64,000 nucleotides of DNA, taken from the NCBI GenBank assembly GCA_051646105.1, contig JBOFCO010000234.1, forward strand, positions 14,000 through 77,999, given 5' to 3'. Position numbers and translations under genes: made by a program. Of the stretch, positions 45,755-54,353 are shown in pieces. Each line of letters starts with the position of its first letter. The stretch's first letter is position 1. The notes under the pieces were generated by a model. That model was not told the origin of the DNA and ran no database searches. It was given only the letters and a program-made list of their open reading frames with translations. The DNA is from Paracoccaceae bacterium. GTDB taxonomy: Bacteria > Pseudomonadota > Alphaproteobacteria > Rhodobacterales > Rhodobacteraceae.

Positions 45755-46543
45755 ATGTCTGACATGACCCTGAATGCCCCGAAGCTGTTTGAACTTTCCG
45801 GAAACGTTGCGCTTGTCACCGGGGCTGGCAGCGGCATCGGTCAGCGGATCGCAATTGGCCTTGCGCAATGCGGGGCCGATGTCGCGCTGCTGGACAGACG
45901 CAGCGATGACGGGCTTGCACATACGGCAGAATTCATCGCTGGAACCGGTCGTCGCAGCATCAGGATAGCTGCAGATGTTACCCAGGGCACAGCACTGAAC
46001 GAAGCCGTCGCCCGGACGGAGGCAGAGCTGGGCCCGCTGACGCTGGCGGTCAACGCGGCGGGTATCGCCAACGCGAACCCCGCCGAAGAGATGGAGGAAA
46101 GCCAGTTCCAGACCATGATGGACATCAACCTGAAGGGCGTTTTCCTTTCCTGTCAGGCAGAGGCGCGGGCCATGCTGAAAAATGGCCGGGGATCCATCGT
46201 CAACATCGCTTCGATGTCTGGTGTCATCGTGAACCGCGGCCTGATGCAATGCCATTACAACGCCTCAAAGGCGGGTGTGATCCACATGACCAAATCCATG
46301 GCAATGGAATGGGTCGGGCGGGGCGTGCGGGTCAACACCATCAGCCCAGGCTATACGGCCACGCCGATGAACACACGGCCGGAAATGGTGCATCAGACAA
46401 AGCTGTTCGAGGAGCAGACGCCGATGCAGCGCATGGCCACGGTCGATGAAATGGTCGGCCCGGCAGTGTTTTTGCTGTCGAATGCTGCAAGCTTTGTCAC
46501 CGGAGTCGACCTGCTGGTTGACGGCGGCTTCTGCTGTTGGTGA
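45755..46543 (+). CDS. SDR-family oxidoreductase
   Basis: VTGAGSGIGQRIA and YNASKAGVIH motifs. ATG at 45755 preceded by AAGGAA. Confidence 0.85.
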   Translation: MSDMTLNAPKLFELSGNVALVTGAGSGIGQRIAIGLAQCGADVALLDRRSDDGLAHTAEFIAGTGRRSIRIAADVTQGTALNEAVARTEAELGPLTLAVNAAGIANANPAEEMEESQFQTMMDINLKGVFLSCQAEARAMLKNGRGSIVNIASMSGVIVNRGLMQCHYNASKAGVIHMTKSMAMEWVGRGVRVNTISPGYTATPMNTRPEMVHQTKLFEEQTPMQRMATVDEMVGPAVFLLSNAASFVTGVDLLVDGGFCCW

Positions 46544-46664
46544 CAAAGGCCGGGATGGCGAACCGAAAGGGATGATCGCGCGTGCTGCCGGTCGCCCGAT
46601 CAAACCCTCGGCATTGTAGAAATTACAGAGTGCGCCGTGTCCATGAGCCACTTATATTGGTGGC

Positions 46665-47264
46665 ATGAACCTTCGTACCGCCCTTTTGGCCCCGCTCACC
46701 CTTTTGGCCCTTTCGCTTCCTGCGGTGGCGGAAAAGCTGCCGCTGAAGACAGTTTCGACCTATCTGAACAGCATCAAGACGGTCGAAGCGCCCTTTACGC
46801 AGGTCAATGCCGACGGGTCGGAATCCTATGGCACGCTGTTCATTCACCGCCCGAACCGGATGCGGTTCGAATATGCCACGCCTGACAAGACTGTGGTCCT
46901 TGCCTCTGGCGGGCAGGTGGCGATTTTCGATGGCAAGTCGAACCAGCCGCCGGAACAGTATCCGCTGAAGCGCACACCGCTGAACCTGATCCTGGCAAGG
47001 AACGTCGATCTGGGTCGTGCCAGGATGGTCGTCGGCCACGATCAGGCGGGCGACATGACCGTCGTGCGCGCGCAGGATCCTGAAAATCCGGAATACGGCT
47101 ATATCGACCTGTTCTTTGATGCCGATCCGGTCGAGCTGCGCGAATGGGTGGTGACGGACGAATATGGCACAAAGACCCATGTGATGCTGGGCCAGATCAC
47201 GGCGGGCAGCACCTATCCTGCGTCAAAGTTCACGATTGAATCGGAAATTGCCCGCCGCAAATAA
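46665..47264 (+). CDS. lolA: Outer-membrane lipoprotein carrier protein LolA
   Basis: Signal peptide plus LolA-like FTQVNADGSESYGTLFIHRPNRMRFEY pattern. 199 aa. Confidence 0.8.
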   Translation: MNLRTALLAPLTLLALSLPAVAEKLPLKTVSTYLNSIKTVEAPFTQVNADGSESYGTLFIHRPNRMRFEYATPDKTVVLASGGQVAIFDGKSNQPPEQYPLKRTPLNLILARNVDLGRARMVVGHDQAGDMTVVRAQDPENPEYGYIDLFFDADPVELREWVVTDEYGTKTHVMLGQITAGSTYPASKFTIESEIARRK

Positions 47265-47285
47265 ACGGGCATGCAGCCCGTCGTT

Positions 47286-47867
47286 TCAGATCAGCCCGCA
47301 AGCGGAAAGCTGGGTGTTGTAAAGCACAGCCCGGGATTCCACTTCTGATGCGACGCGAAGCAACCATGACTTGCCGTTATGGCTGCCACGTGCATATCCC
47401 CCATGGCCCTCGTGATAGGCGAGATATTGGTTCCGCGCATCGTGAAGAGACAGACCCAGCTTTTCCTGGCTGCGGTTCATGTACCAGCCCATGAAATCGG
47501 TGGCATCCACGATATCGTCGCGGTCTGCCCCGCGTCGGCCTGTCTCGCTGCGATAGTCATCCCAGGTGCCGTCAATCGCCTGCGCATATCCAAAGGCCGA
47601 GGATTGCCGGCCAGCCGGGATGAAGCCAAGGGCATATTGGCGCGGCGTTCGGGCATCGCCGTCGAACTTCGACTCCTGATAGATCGTCGCCATCTGCACC
47701 GCGATCGGCACCCCCCAGCGCCTTTCGCTGTCCTGCATGGCGCGAAGATAACCGGGCCGTTGTTCGATGATGCTGCAGGCGTCGTCAAGATTGCGTGGCG
47801 AGGTCGCGTTCCCGCCGCAAGACACCACCAGCAACAGCAATGCCGCTGCCCCAATATGCCTGCTCAT
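47286..47867 (-). CDS. Lipoprotein with lytic-transglycosylase (SLT)-like domain
   Basis: Lipobox LLLVVSCGG. IYQESKFDGDA contains the catalytic-Glu context of SLT-type domains. Confidence 0.6.
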   Translation of the reverse strand: MSRHIGAAALLLLVVSCGGNATSPRNLDDACSIIEQRPGYLRAMQDSERRWGVPIAVQMATIYQESKFDGDARTPRQYALGFIPAGRQSSAFGYAQAIDGTWDDYRSETGRRGADRDDIVDATDFMGWYMNRSQEKLGLSLHDARNQYLAYHEGHGGYARGSHNGKSWLLRVASEVESRAVLYNTQLSACGLI

Positions 47868-48250
47868 CCTGCCTCACACCTTTCTGGTTTTGTCTCATAC
47901 TAGCGAAAATCGATCCGCTGATAAACGGCAAATGCGAACGGGAAACATCCTGCGGCGGGCCCTTGCCGGGGCGCAGATCATCCGGAGATAGCTAGGCATT
48001 CACACAGGGCGATTCGCCTGTAACGGGAAATGTTGCCGATTCCGGAACGGTGACAGATGCTCAACCCCACGCAGAAAGCAGGCAAGTTGGGGCAAAAAAT
48101 AAGGTAATTTCTTAACGCAAGGCCGTGAAGTCGAAACAATCAGAGGTATTTGTCAGGCAGGGGGCCACAGACTGTTTCTCTCAGAGGCGCCCACCCAGAT
48201 TTACATCGCATCGGGAGAGTCCTAGTAAGACGCAGGGGGCGTCAAAGATC

Positions 48251-48577
48251 ATGCTGAAGTCGGTTGCAAAGTATCATATCGGGCAGATCGTGCGACACCG
48301 GAAACATCCTTTCCGGGGCGTTGTGTTCGATGTGGATGCGATGTTCAGCAACACCGAAGAATGGTATGATGCCATCCCCGAGGAAAGCCGTCCGCAGCGG
48401 GATCAGCCATTTTATCACCTTCTGGCCGAAAACGACCAAAGCTATTATGTGGCCTATGTTTCGGAACAGAACCTGATCCCTGACGAAACCGGCCAGCCTG
48501 TCGATCATCCCGACCTGCCCGACCTGTTCGGTGATTTCGACAACGGCCGTTATCCGCTGCAGTTCCAGTTGAACTGA
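48251..48577 (+). CDS. hspQ: Heat-shock protein HspQ (YccV/hemimethylated-DNA-binding domain)
   Basis: 108 aa. KYHIGQIVRHRKHPFRGVVFDVD...PFYHLLAEN...YVAYVSEQNL matches the HspQ pattern. Start at aa 43 of ORF 48125..48577. Confidence 0.8.
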   Translation: MLKSVAKYHIGQIVRHRKHPFRGVVFDVDAMFSNTEEWYDAIPEESRPQRDQPFYHLLAENDQSYYVAYVSEQNLIPDETGQPVDHPDLPDLFGDFDNGRYPLQFQLN

Positions 48578-48930
48578 CGCATCGCGAATTCGCACGTCGC
48601 TGTGCAGTGTCACCGGGACAGCGCTGCCCGTTTCTTGATCAGCTTCGCACCCCACAGGAGCATCGAACGCCATTCTCGGTGTTCTGTCGGTTGCTCTGGA
48701 AATGGGCCGGATTCTGGCAAACGCCCCGGTGCCGCGAACTGGGTGGGGGGCTATGGGCGCGGCACCGGGGGAAGCCTCGTTCGGCTATGCGACAAGCTAT
48801 CGCCAGACATTCGGGCAGTGTTGCGGAGGCAAGGAGGCAAAGTTGCGGCAGCGATATTTTCCCTTGCCGCCGGTTCTGCCGATCATTCTTTTCCGGCCAG
48901 TCCGTTCGTCTGTCGTCGAGTGCAAAGAGC

Positions 48931-49539
48931 TTAGCCCAGTGAGGGCCGCGCCGGATCCTGCGCTTCGTTTTCGGCCAGTTCCGGACGCGTCAGTGCCAGG
49001 CGGAAATACAGGCAATTGCGTCCCGAACGGCGATTGTACCGCAACACCTCCGCCAATTCGCGGATCATGAACCAACCGAAACCGCCTTCCGGCAGATCAT
49101 CAATACTGGGCAGCATCGGATGATCGCCCTGTGGCAACGCATCGCCCGGCATGGCGGTCCCCGTATCGATGATTTCGCAGGACAATGCATCGGGGTCGCG
49201 CGTCAGGCGCACCACGATCCGGCCATCCGGGCTGTCAAGATAGGCATGTTCTACAATGTTGTTCATGGCTTCCGCCAGAACCAGCTCCAGCCGGCCCAGA
49301 TCAGAACCGGGGACTGCCGCGCTTTGCAGGGCTTCCCGCACCTGCGCCAGCGCAGCCCGCACCGACATCGGGGTGCTGTGCAGGCGCAGAACCATTTTTG
49401 GCCCCATGCCGTTTTCACCGGGCCTGGTACGCAGGCGGGCCTTTTCCTGCCGGGCTGTACTCTCGGTGCCGGGTGCCTCGATCAATGCGCTTACCTTGTC
49501 ACAGGGCAAATCCCTGCGCGGGAAAACATTACCTGTCAT
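48931..49539 (-). CDS. Anti-sigma regulatory factor-type Ser/Thr kinase (HATPase_c, RsbW/SpoIIAB-like)
   Basis: N-box-like LVLAEAMNNIVEHAY and G-box-like GGFGWFMIRELA. It lies downstream of a STAS gene. The true start may be an internal Met (49407 or 49395). Confidence 0.65.
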   Translation of the reverse strand: MTGNVFPRRDLPCDKVSALIEAPGTESTARQEKARLRTRPGENGMGPKMVLRLHSTPMSVRAALAQVREALQSAAVPGSDLGRLELVLAEAMNNIVEHAYLDSPDGRIVVRLTRDPDALSCEIIDTGTAMPGDALPQGDHPMLPSIDDLPEGGFGWFMIRELAEVLRYNRRSGRNCLYFRLALTRPELAENEAQDPARPSLG

Positions 49540-49563
49540 GCTTGCCCTGTGTCTTGCTTGCCG

Positions 49564-49905
49564 TCATGCCGCATCCCTCGGAGAGATCGCCGCCGTCGCA
49601 TCCTTGTGTATGGTGAACACCCTGTCCATGCGCGTCAGGCGCAACACGCGCTCGACCGGCGGGGTCAGCCCGGCAAGTTCAAGCCTGCGGCCATTTTCCA
49701 TCATCTTCAGGGCCGCGACGATTGCGCCAAGACCGCTGCTGTCAACAAAGTCGACACGCGCAAGATCAAGGACTACGCGCCGCGACGGTGTCGCGAAGGC
49801 TTCGCGCACGCGGTCCTTGAACTGGATGGCGACAGCCGCGTCGATCCTCGCCTCGGCCACTGTGATCAACAGCAGGTCATCATGTTGGCTGATTTCAAGG
49901 TTCAT
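49564..49905 (-). CDS. STAS-domain anti-sigma-factor antagonist
   Basis: 113 aa from MNLEISQHDD. LDLARVDFVDSSGLGAIVAA carries the phosphorylatable Ser context. GGAGGG RBS. The rest of ORF 49564..50331 is rejected. Confidence 0.75.
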   Translation of the reverse strand: MNLEISQHDDLLLITVAEARIDAAVAIQFKDRVREAFATPSRRVVLDLARVDFVDSSGLGAIVAALKMMENGRRLELAGLTPPVERVLRLTRMDRVFTIHKDATAAISPRDAA

Positions 49906-50031
49906 TCCACCCTCCGTGATTTTACGGAAAGCTAGGACCAACCCATTACCAATTCGTTTGCGTGATACGGCGAATTTGATCGGCCTTTTACTTTTCGATA
50001 AACAGGGCGTGCACCATGGAACGGACCGAAC

Positions 50032-50499
50032 ATGCCGACCCACCCACCGCTCGACTACTCCGCTCTTGCCGGCCGCATTGGCAGCCTGACCCATGGCGAA
50101 ACGGACGAGGTCGCCCTGATGGCCACGATTGCCTGTGAAGTCCATCACGCCGACGACAGGTTCGACTGGACGGGATTTTACCGCGTTAGCGGCCCGCAGA
50201 TGCTGAAAATCGGCCCGTATCAGGGCGGCCACGGCTGTCTTGTCATCCCGTTTTCGCGTGGTGTCTGCGGCGCGGCGGCGCGCACGGGGCAGGCGCAGCT
50301 TGTTCCGGATGTGGACGCGTTCCCCGGCCATATCGCCTGCGCGTCCACCACACGGTCCGAACTGGTGATTCCGGTCTTCGGTCGGGGTGGGCGACTGATC
50401 GGGGTTTTTGACATCGACAGCGACCGGCCTGCGGCCTTTACCGAAACCGATGCGTCGGAACTGGGCGCAATACTGGCGACGGTATTCAGCGCGCTTTAG
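50032..50499 (+). CDS. GAF-domain protein (YebR/MsrC free-methionine-R-sulfoxide-reductase-like)
   Basis: FDWTGFYRV...LKIGPYQGGHGCLVIPFSRGVCGAAA...HIACASTTRSELVIPVF is the characteristic single-GAF YebR pattern. Confidence 0.8.
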   Translation: MPTHPPLDYSALAGRIGSLTHGETDEVALMATIACEVHHADDRFDWTGFYRVSGPQMLKIGPYQGGHGCLVIPFSRGVCGAAARTGQAQLVPDVDAFPGHIACASTTRSELVIPVFGRGGRLIGVFDIDSDRPAAFTETDASELGAILATVFSAL

Positions 50500-50502
50500 C
50501 GA

Positions 50503-51138
50503 TTACCAGCGCAGCCACCGCGGCCCCAGAGCAGCCCCCAACGCCCCAAGCGACAGGATTGCAAGCCCGTACCAGGTGACAAAGAACAGCGGGTCATCCT
50601 CGTTACAATGGGTTGCATATAATGCGGCGGCAAGACCGCCCACGGCAAGACCTGCAACAAGACCACAGAACGCGGGCCGTGTGGTGGCCCCGCGCCGCAG
50701 GATGCCAAGGCCAAGCAACAGACCCGGCAGGCCAAGTCCAAAGATCGATGAAAGACAGATCAGATGCGTCTTTCCCATCATCGCCGGTCGCCAGTCGGCC
50801 ACGGGCAACACCGACAGCCGCCACATCACCAATCCTGCCGCAAGCACAAGTGCCAGCCCGGCAGCAAGCGGGGCATAGCCCACGCGCCCCTCGGGACGCG
50901 ACAGCCGGGCAGCACTTGCCATACCTGCGCCCAAAAAGATCATCGGCAGCAGCCATTTCCATAGCGTGATCTGCCCGACAAGCGCCGTTGCCAGATCGGG
51001 CCGGATGCCGATTGCCCACAGAAAACAGGCGCCCAGCGTCAGGACAGGCAGCATCATCCATAGGGCAAGCCCTGGCCACACCCTGTGCGGCGGCGTGGCA
51101 TCGGTCGCCAGCAGTGTCACCAGATCGTCGGTTTTCAT
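50503..51138 (-). CDS. nrsF: NrsF-family (DUF1109) membrane anti-sigma factor
   Basis: [17 protein letters not shown]-terminus followed by about six hydrophobic helices. Its start overlaps the sigma gene stop (ATGA). Confidence 0.8.
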   Translation of the reverse strand: MKTDDLVTLLATDATPPHRVWPGLALWMMLPVLTLGACFLWAIGIRPDLATALVGQITLWKWLLPMIFLGAGMASAARLSRPEGRVGYAPLAAGLALVLAAGLVMWRLSVLPVADWRPAMMGKTHLICLSSIFGLGLPGLLLGLGILRRGATTRPAFCGLVAGLAVGGLAAALYATHCNEDDPLFFVTWYGLAILSLGALGAALGPRWLRW

Positions 51139-51692
51139 CCGTTTTCCCTTTCGCGAAGGGCGGCCAGTTTGTTCAGGGCGCGGTGCAGCGCAACGCGGGC
51201 GGCGCCGTCGCTCAGCGCAAAGCGCTTGGCGACCTCGGCCATGCCAAGCCCCTCAAAGGCGAGCGCCCGAAGGATGCCGCCCGACCGCGTATCAAGCGCA
51301 TCAAGATTGCGCGCCACATCCCGTGTGGCGAAAACATCCGCCTCTGTCGGCGCGGCGATTGTGTCGGGGGTTTCGTCCAGCAGCTCCGCCAGTGGTTCCC
51401 TCCCGCGCTTTCGAAGGGCATCGACGATCTTGTGCCGGGCAATGGCGTAAAGCCATGGCCTTGGCGGGCGGTCCGGTTGCCACGTTCCGCGCTTCAGGTG
51501 GATGGCAAGCAACACGTCCTGCACGATATCCTCTTGCATATGCGTATCCAGCATGCGGGCCCTTGCCCGCACAATTCCACGCAGAACCGGCGTGGCCGCG
51601 CGCAGAAAGGCGGCATAGGCGGCGCTGTCGCCCCTATTGGCCGCATCAAGCAGCCGTGCCCATTCGTCGTCCGTTTCTGTCATCTCTGCCAT
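51135..51692 (-). CDS. sigF: ECF RNA polymerase sigma factor (SigF type)
   Basis: Region 2 ([17 protein letters not shown]...[16 protein letters not shown]) and region 4 ([29 protein letters not shown]). Start at [10 protein letters not shown] (51692) or MTETDDE (51683). Confidence 0.85.
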   Translation of the reverse strand: MAEMTETDDEWARLLDAANRGDSAAYAAFLRAATPVLRGIVRARARMLDTHMQEDIVQDVLLAIHLKRGTWQPDRPPRPWLYAIARHKIVDALRKRGREPLAELLDETPDTIAAPTEADVFATRDVARNLDALDTRSGGILRALAFEGLGMAEVAKRFALSDGAARVALHRALNKLAALRERENG

Positions 51693-51696
51693 GCAA

Positions 51697-51721
51697 TTCG
51701 CATCCGTCCGGTGTTTGTTAC
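51697..51721 (-). promoter_or_regulatory. Possible SigF-type promoter for sigF-nrsF (GTAACA-N15-CGAA on the minus strand)
   Basis: Minus strand reads GTAACA aacaccggacggatg CGAA ttgc ATG. The spacer is 15 rather than 16 nt, and the -10 lies only 4 nt before the first ATG, which would imply a near-leaderless mRNA. Confidence 0.3.
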
Positions 51722-51777
51722 ATCGCCCTGGCAAAATGCCCGTCATTGTTGCGGCTGAACACCCTTTCGTGAACGGG

Positions 51778-51803
51778 GTAACAAATCCCACTCCTCTGAC
51801 GAA
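51778..51803 (+). promoter_or_regulatory. SigF-type ECF promoter for the DUF2282 operon (GTAACA-N16-CGAA)
   Basis: GTAACA (51778..51783), a 16-nt spacer, then CGAA (51800..51803), 53 nt upstream of the bufA ATG. As I recall it, this matches the GTAACC-N16-CGAA motif reported for Caulobacter SigF-dependent promoters. Confidence 0.55.
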
Positions 51804-51855
51804 CTGGCAAGTGCGGACCCGAAAGGCGGGCCGCCAGACCGACACGGAGGATGAC

Positions 51856-52146
51856 ATGTCGATGATGAAGAACACCCTTGGGCTTGGCGCTTCGCTGGCT
51901 TGCGCACTGACGATGATGGCGGGTGCGGCCCAGGCCGAGGGCGATATGGAAAAGTGCTACGGCGTGGCCGAAGCGGGCAAGAATGACTGTGCCGCCGGGG
52001 CGGGCACCACCTGCGCCGGAACCTCGAAAGTCGATTTCCAGGGCAACGCATGGAAATATGTGCCCGTCGGCACCTGCGTCACGATGGAAGCGCCCGAGGG
52101 CCGCATGGGCAGCCTGGAGCCGCTTGAGCGCGACATGGCGTCGTAA
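51856..52146 (+). CDS. bufA: DUF2282-family secreted precursor peptide (BufA1/bufferin-1 type)
   Basis: 96 aa. Signal peptide [27 protein letters not shown]. Core with four Cys in conserved contexts: EKCYGV, KNDCAAG, GTTCAGT, VGTCVTM. GGAGGA RBS. Start at aa 74 of ORF 51637..52146. Confidence 0.8.
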   Translation: MSMMKNTLGLGASLACALTMMAGAAQAEGDMEKCYGVAEAGKNDCAAGAGTTCAGTSKVDFQGNAWKYVPVGTCVTMEAPEGRMGSLEPLERDMAS

Positions 52147-52205
52147 CCTCAAGGGGGCGCGGGAACAACCCGCGCCCCGTTTCCGCAAATCTGAAAGGTG
52201 CCGCC

Positions 52206-53057
52206 ATGACCCTGCCCGTCTCTGCCGGTGTCGGCTTCAAGCCGCAGCATTTCGCCGCGATCCGCAGTGCCCCCACAGGGCTGGGATTTTTCGAGGTGCA
52301 TGCCGAAAACTACATGGGTGCGGGTGGGTTGCCCCATGCGCAACTGGCAGCGTTGCGGGCGGATTATGCGATTTCGCTGCACGGCGTCGGCCTTTCCATC
52401 GGCGGCGCGGGCGGGCTGGACCGCCAACATCTGGCACGGTTGAAAGCGCTGTGCGACCGGTATCAGCCCGACAGCTTTTCCGAACACCTGGCATGGTCCA
52501 GCCATGGCAGCGAGTATCTGAACGATCTGCTGCCCTTGCCCTATACCGAAGAAACCCTTGCCATGGTTTGCGCCCACGTTGCCCAGGTGCAGGATCATCT
52601 TGGCCGCCGGATGCTTCTGGAAAATCCGTCGACCTATGTATTGTTCGAACACTCCACGATCCCGGAAACCGAATTTCTGACCCAGATTGTACGGCGTACC
52701 GGCTGCGGTTTGCTTCTTGATGTAAACAATGTGTTTGTCAGCGCCACCAATCACCGGACCGATGCCCGCGCCTATCTGGATGCCTTTCCGCTGGACCATG
52801 TGGGTGAAATTCATCTTGGCGGCCACGACACGGAAGAGCTGCCATCTGGCCCGCTGCTGATTGACGCACATGGTGCGCCGGTGGCCGATCCGGTATGGGC
52901 ACTTTATGGCGAGGTTCTGGATCGTGCGGGACCGCTGCCCACGCTGATCGAATGGGACAATGACGTGCCGGAATGGCCCGTCCTGCGGGAGGAAGCCGCC
53001 AGGGCAGAAGCCAGGCTGGCCATGGCAAAGGGGGTGCGCCTTGCCCACGCATCCTGA
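52206..53057 (+). CDS. bufB: DUF692-family multinuclear non-haem iron oxidative enzyme (MNIO; MbnB/BufB-like)
   Basis: 283 aa. GVGFKPQHF...[11 protein letters not shown]...SFSEHLAWS...LLENPSTY...[11 protein letters not shown] is the DUF692 TIM-barrel pattern. Confidence 0.9.
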   Translation: MTLPVSAGVGFKPQHFAAIRSAPTGLGFFEVHAENYMGAGGLPHAQLAALRADYAISLHGVGLSIGGAGGLDRQHLARLKALCDRYQPDSFSEHLAWSSHGSEYLNDLLPLPYTEETLAMVCAHVAQVQDHLGRRMLLENPSTYVLFEHSTIPETEFLTQIVRRTGCGLLLDVNNVFVSATNHRTDARAYLDAFPLDHVGEIHLGGHDTEELPSGPLLIDAHGAPVADPVWALYGEVLDRAGPLPTLIEWDNDVPEWPVLREEAARAEARLAMAKGVRLAHAS

Positions 53058-53805
53058 ATTTCTTGCGGCCTTTGCAGACGGGATCACCAGCGGCACGCTT
53101 CCCCCCGGTCTGACCGCGCAGGTACCCGGTGAAGCCGCGCGCCGCTTTGCCGTCTATCGCAACAATGTCACCGTCAGCCTGATTGACGCGCTGGGCAAAC
53201 GTTTTCCTGTGATCGCCCGTCTGGTGGGGGATGACTTCTTTCGTGCCATGGCACGGCATTACGCGGAACAGCACAGGCCCAAAACACCCGTCATTCATGA
53301 GTGGGGCGACAGTTTCCCCGATTTTCTTGCAGGGTTCGAACCCCTGGCCGCCTATCCTTACATGGCCGACGTGGCCAGGATCGAACTGGCGCGGGGTTAT
53401 GCCTATCACGCCGCCGATGCTGAACCGCTGTCACCCGCCCTTATTGCCGCCGCAGCCGCCAGCCCGGAAACCGCACGGCTTTTTCTGCATCCTTCGGTGC
53501 AGGTCCTGCAATCGCACCACCCCGCTGTCAGCATCTGGCGTGCAAACCAGCCGGGGGTGGCCCCTGGCCCGATTGCTGCCGGGGGTGAAACTGCGCTGAT
53601 CCTGCGCAGTCGCAGCTTCGATGTGTCCGTGGAAAGCCTTTCGGCAGGCGATACCGCGTTTCTTCGGGCCATACTTGGGGGCGAGCGCCTGCTTGCCGCC
53701 GCCGAAATCGCCCGCTTTGCCGACCCTGACCACGACCCGCAGCCGATCCTGCTGCATCTCATGCACGCGGGTGCCGTCGTCACCACAGCCGAGGACAAGC
53801 CATGA
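53041..53805 (+). CDS. bufC: DUF2063-family protein (BufC/HvfC-like MNIO partner)
   Basis: [10 protein letters not shown]...[41 protein letters not shown] is the DUF2063 N-terminal pattern. The start is inferred as the TTG at 53041, overlapping bufB by 17 nt; the only in-frame ATG (52960) would overlap by 98 nt. Confidence 0.7.
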   Translation: MPTHPEFLAAFADGITSGTLPPGLTAQVPGEAARRFAVYRNNVTVSLIDALGKRFPVIARLVGDDFFRAMARHYAEQHRPKTPVIHEWGDSFPDFLAGFEPLAAYPYMADVARIELARGYAYHAADAEPLSPALIAAAAASPETARLFLHPSVQVLQSHHPAVSIWRANQPGVAPGPIAAGGETALILRSRSFDVSVESLSAGDTAFLRAILGGERLLAAAEIARFADPDHDPQPILLHLMHAGAVVTTAEDKP

Positions 53806-54269
53806 TCGCAACCATCCGCAGCCTGAACACCCTGCTTTCACATATTCCGAAGGACTTCACTGCGCTTGCCCTGCGCTTTTTTCCGGCGATGGTTTTCCTT
53901 CAGTCCGGTCGTACGAAGGTCGACGGGCTGTTTTCCATCAAGGACTCAACCTATTTCCTGTTCAGGGAAGAGTTCGCCCTTCCGCTGATCCCGCCGAACA
54001 TCGCGGCAGTGATGGCGACGACGGCGGAACATGTGCTGCCCTTATTGATGATCCTTGGCTTGTTTACACGTTTTTCCGCGTTAGGTCTGCTCGTGATGAC
54101 GGCGGTGATCCAGATATTCGTCTATCCGGATGCCTGGGTCACGCATGGGCTTTGGGCGGCGGCGCTACTGGCCACCGTTGCATGCGGCCCGGGGGCATGG
54201 TCGCTGGACCGGCTGCTTGGACTTGATGGCGCGGAAACCGGAACAAGCCATGCGGACAGAACGGCTTAG
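53802..54269 (+). CDS. DoxX-family membrane protein
   Basis: 155 aa, 4 hydrophobic helices, with [19 protein letters not shown] and [27 protein letters not shown] patterns. Its start overlaps the bufC stop (ATGA). Confidence 0.8.
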   Translation: MIATIRSLNTLLSHIPKDFTALALRFFPAMVFLQSGRTKVDGLFSIKDSTYFLFREEFALPLIPPNIAAVMATTAEHVLPLLMILGLFTRFSALGLLVMTAVIQIFVYPDAWVTHGLWAAALLATVACGPGAWSLDRLLGLDGAETGTSHADRTA

Positions 54270-54353
54270 GCAGTTGCGCTGCTTGCAACTTTCGCCCAGA
54301 GGCTGACGTATCTTGCCCATGACCCACGCGGCGACACCCCGGACGGCTGACCC

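Noticed and set aside
48602-49075. Overlapping ORFs of about 92-122 aa in the hspQ / anti-sigma-kinase convergent gap
   Set aside because: Three frames are open simultaneously, as expected by chance at this GC content. None has an RBS, a hydrophobic pattern or a motif I recognise.
49906-50331. Upstream 142 aa of ORF 49564..50331 (would make a 255-aa STAS protein)
   Set aside because: The extension runs antisense through the GAF gene start region and has nonsense-like composition. A GGAGGG RBS precedes the internal MNLEISQ start, which gives a canonical STAS protein of about 113 aa.
50966-51772. Two plus-strand ORFs of about 260 aa antisense to nrsF and the ECF sigma gene
   Set aside because: Arg/Pro/Ala-rich shadow frames. 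The minus strand encodes recognisable sigma regions 2 and 4 and a DUF1109 membrane protein.
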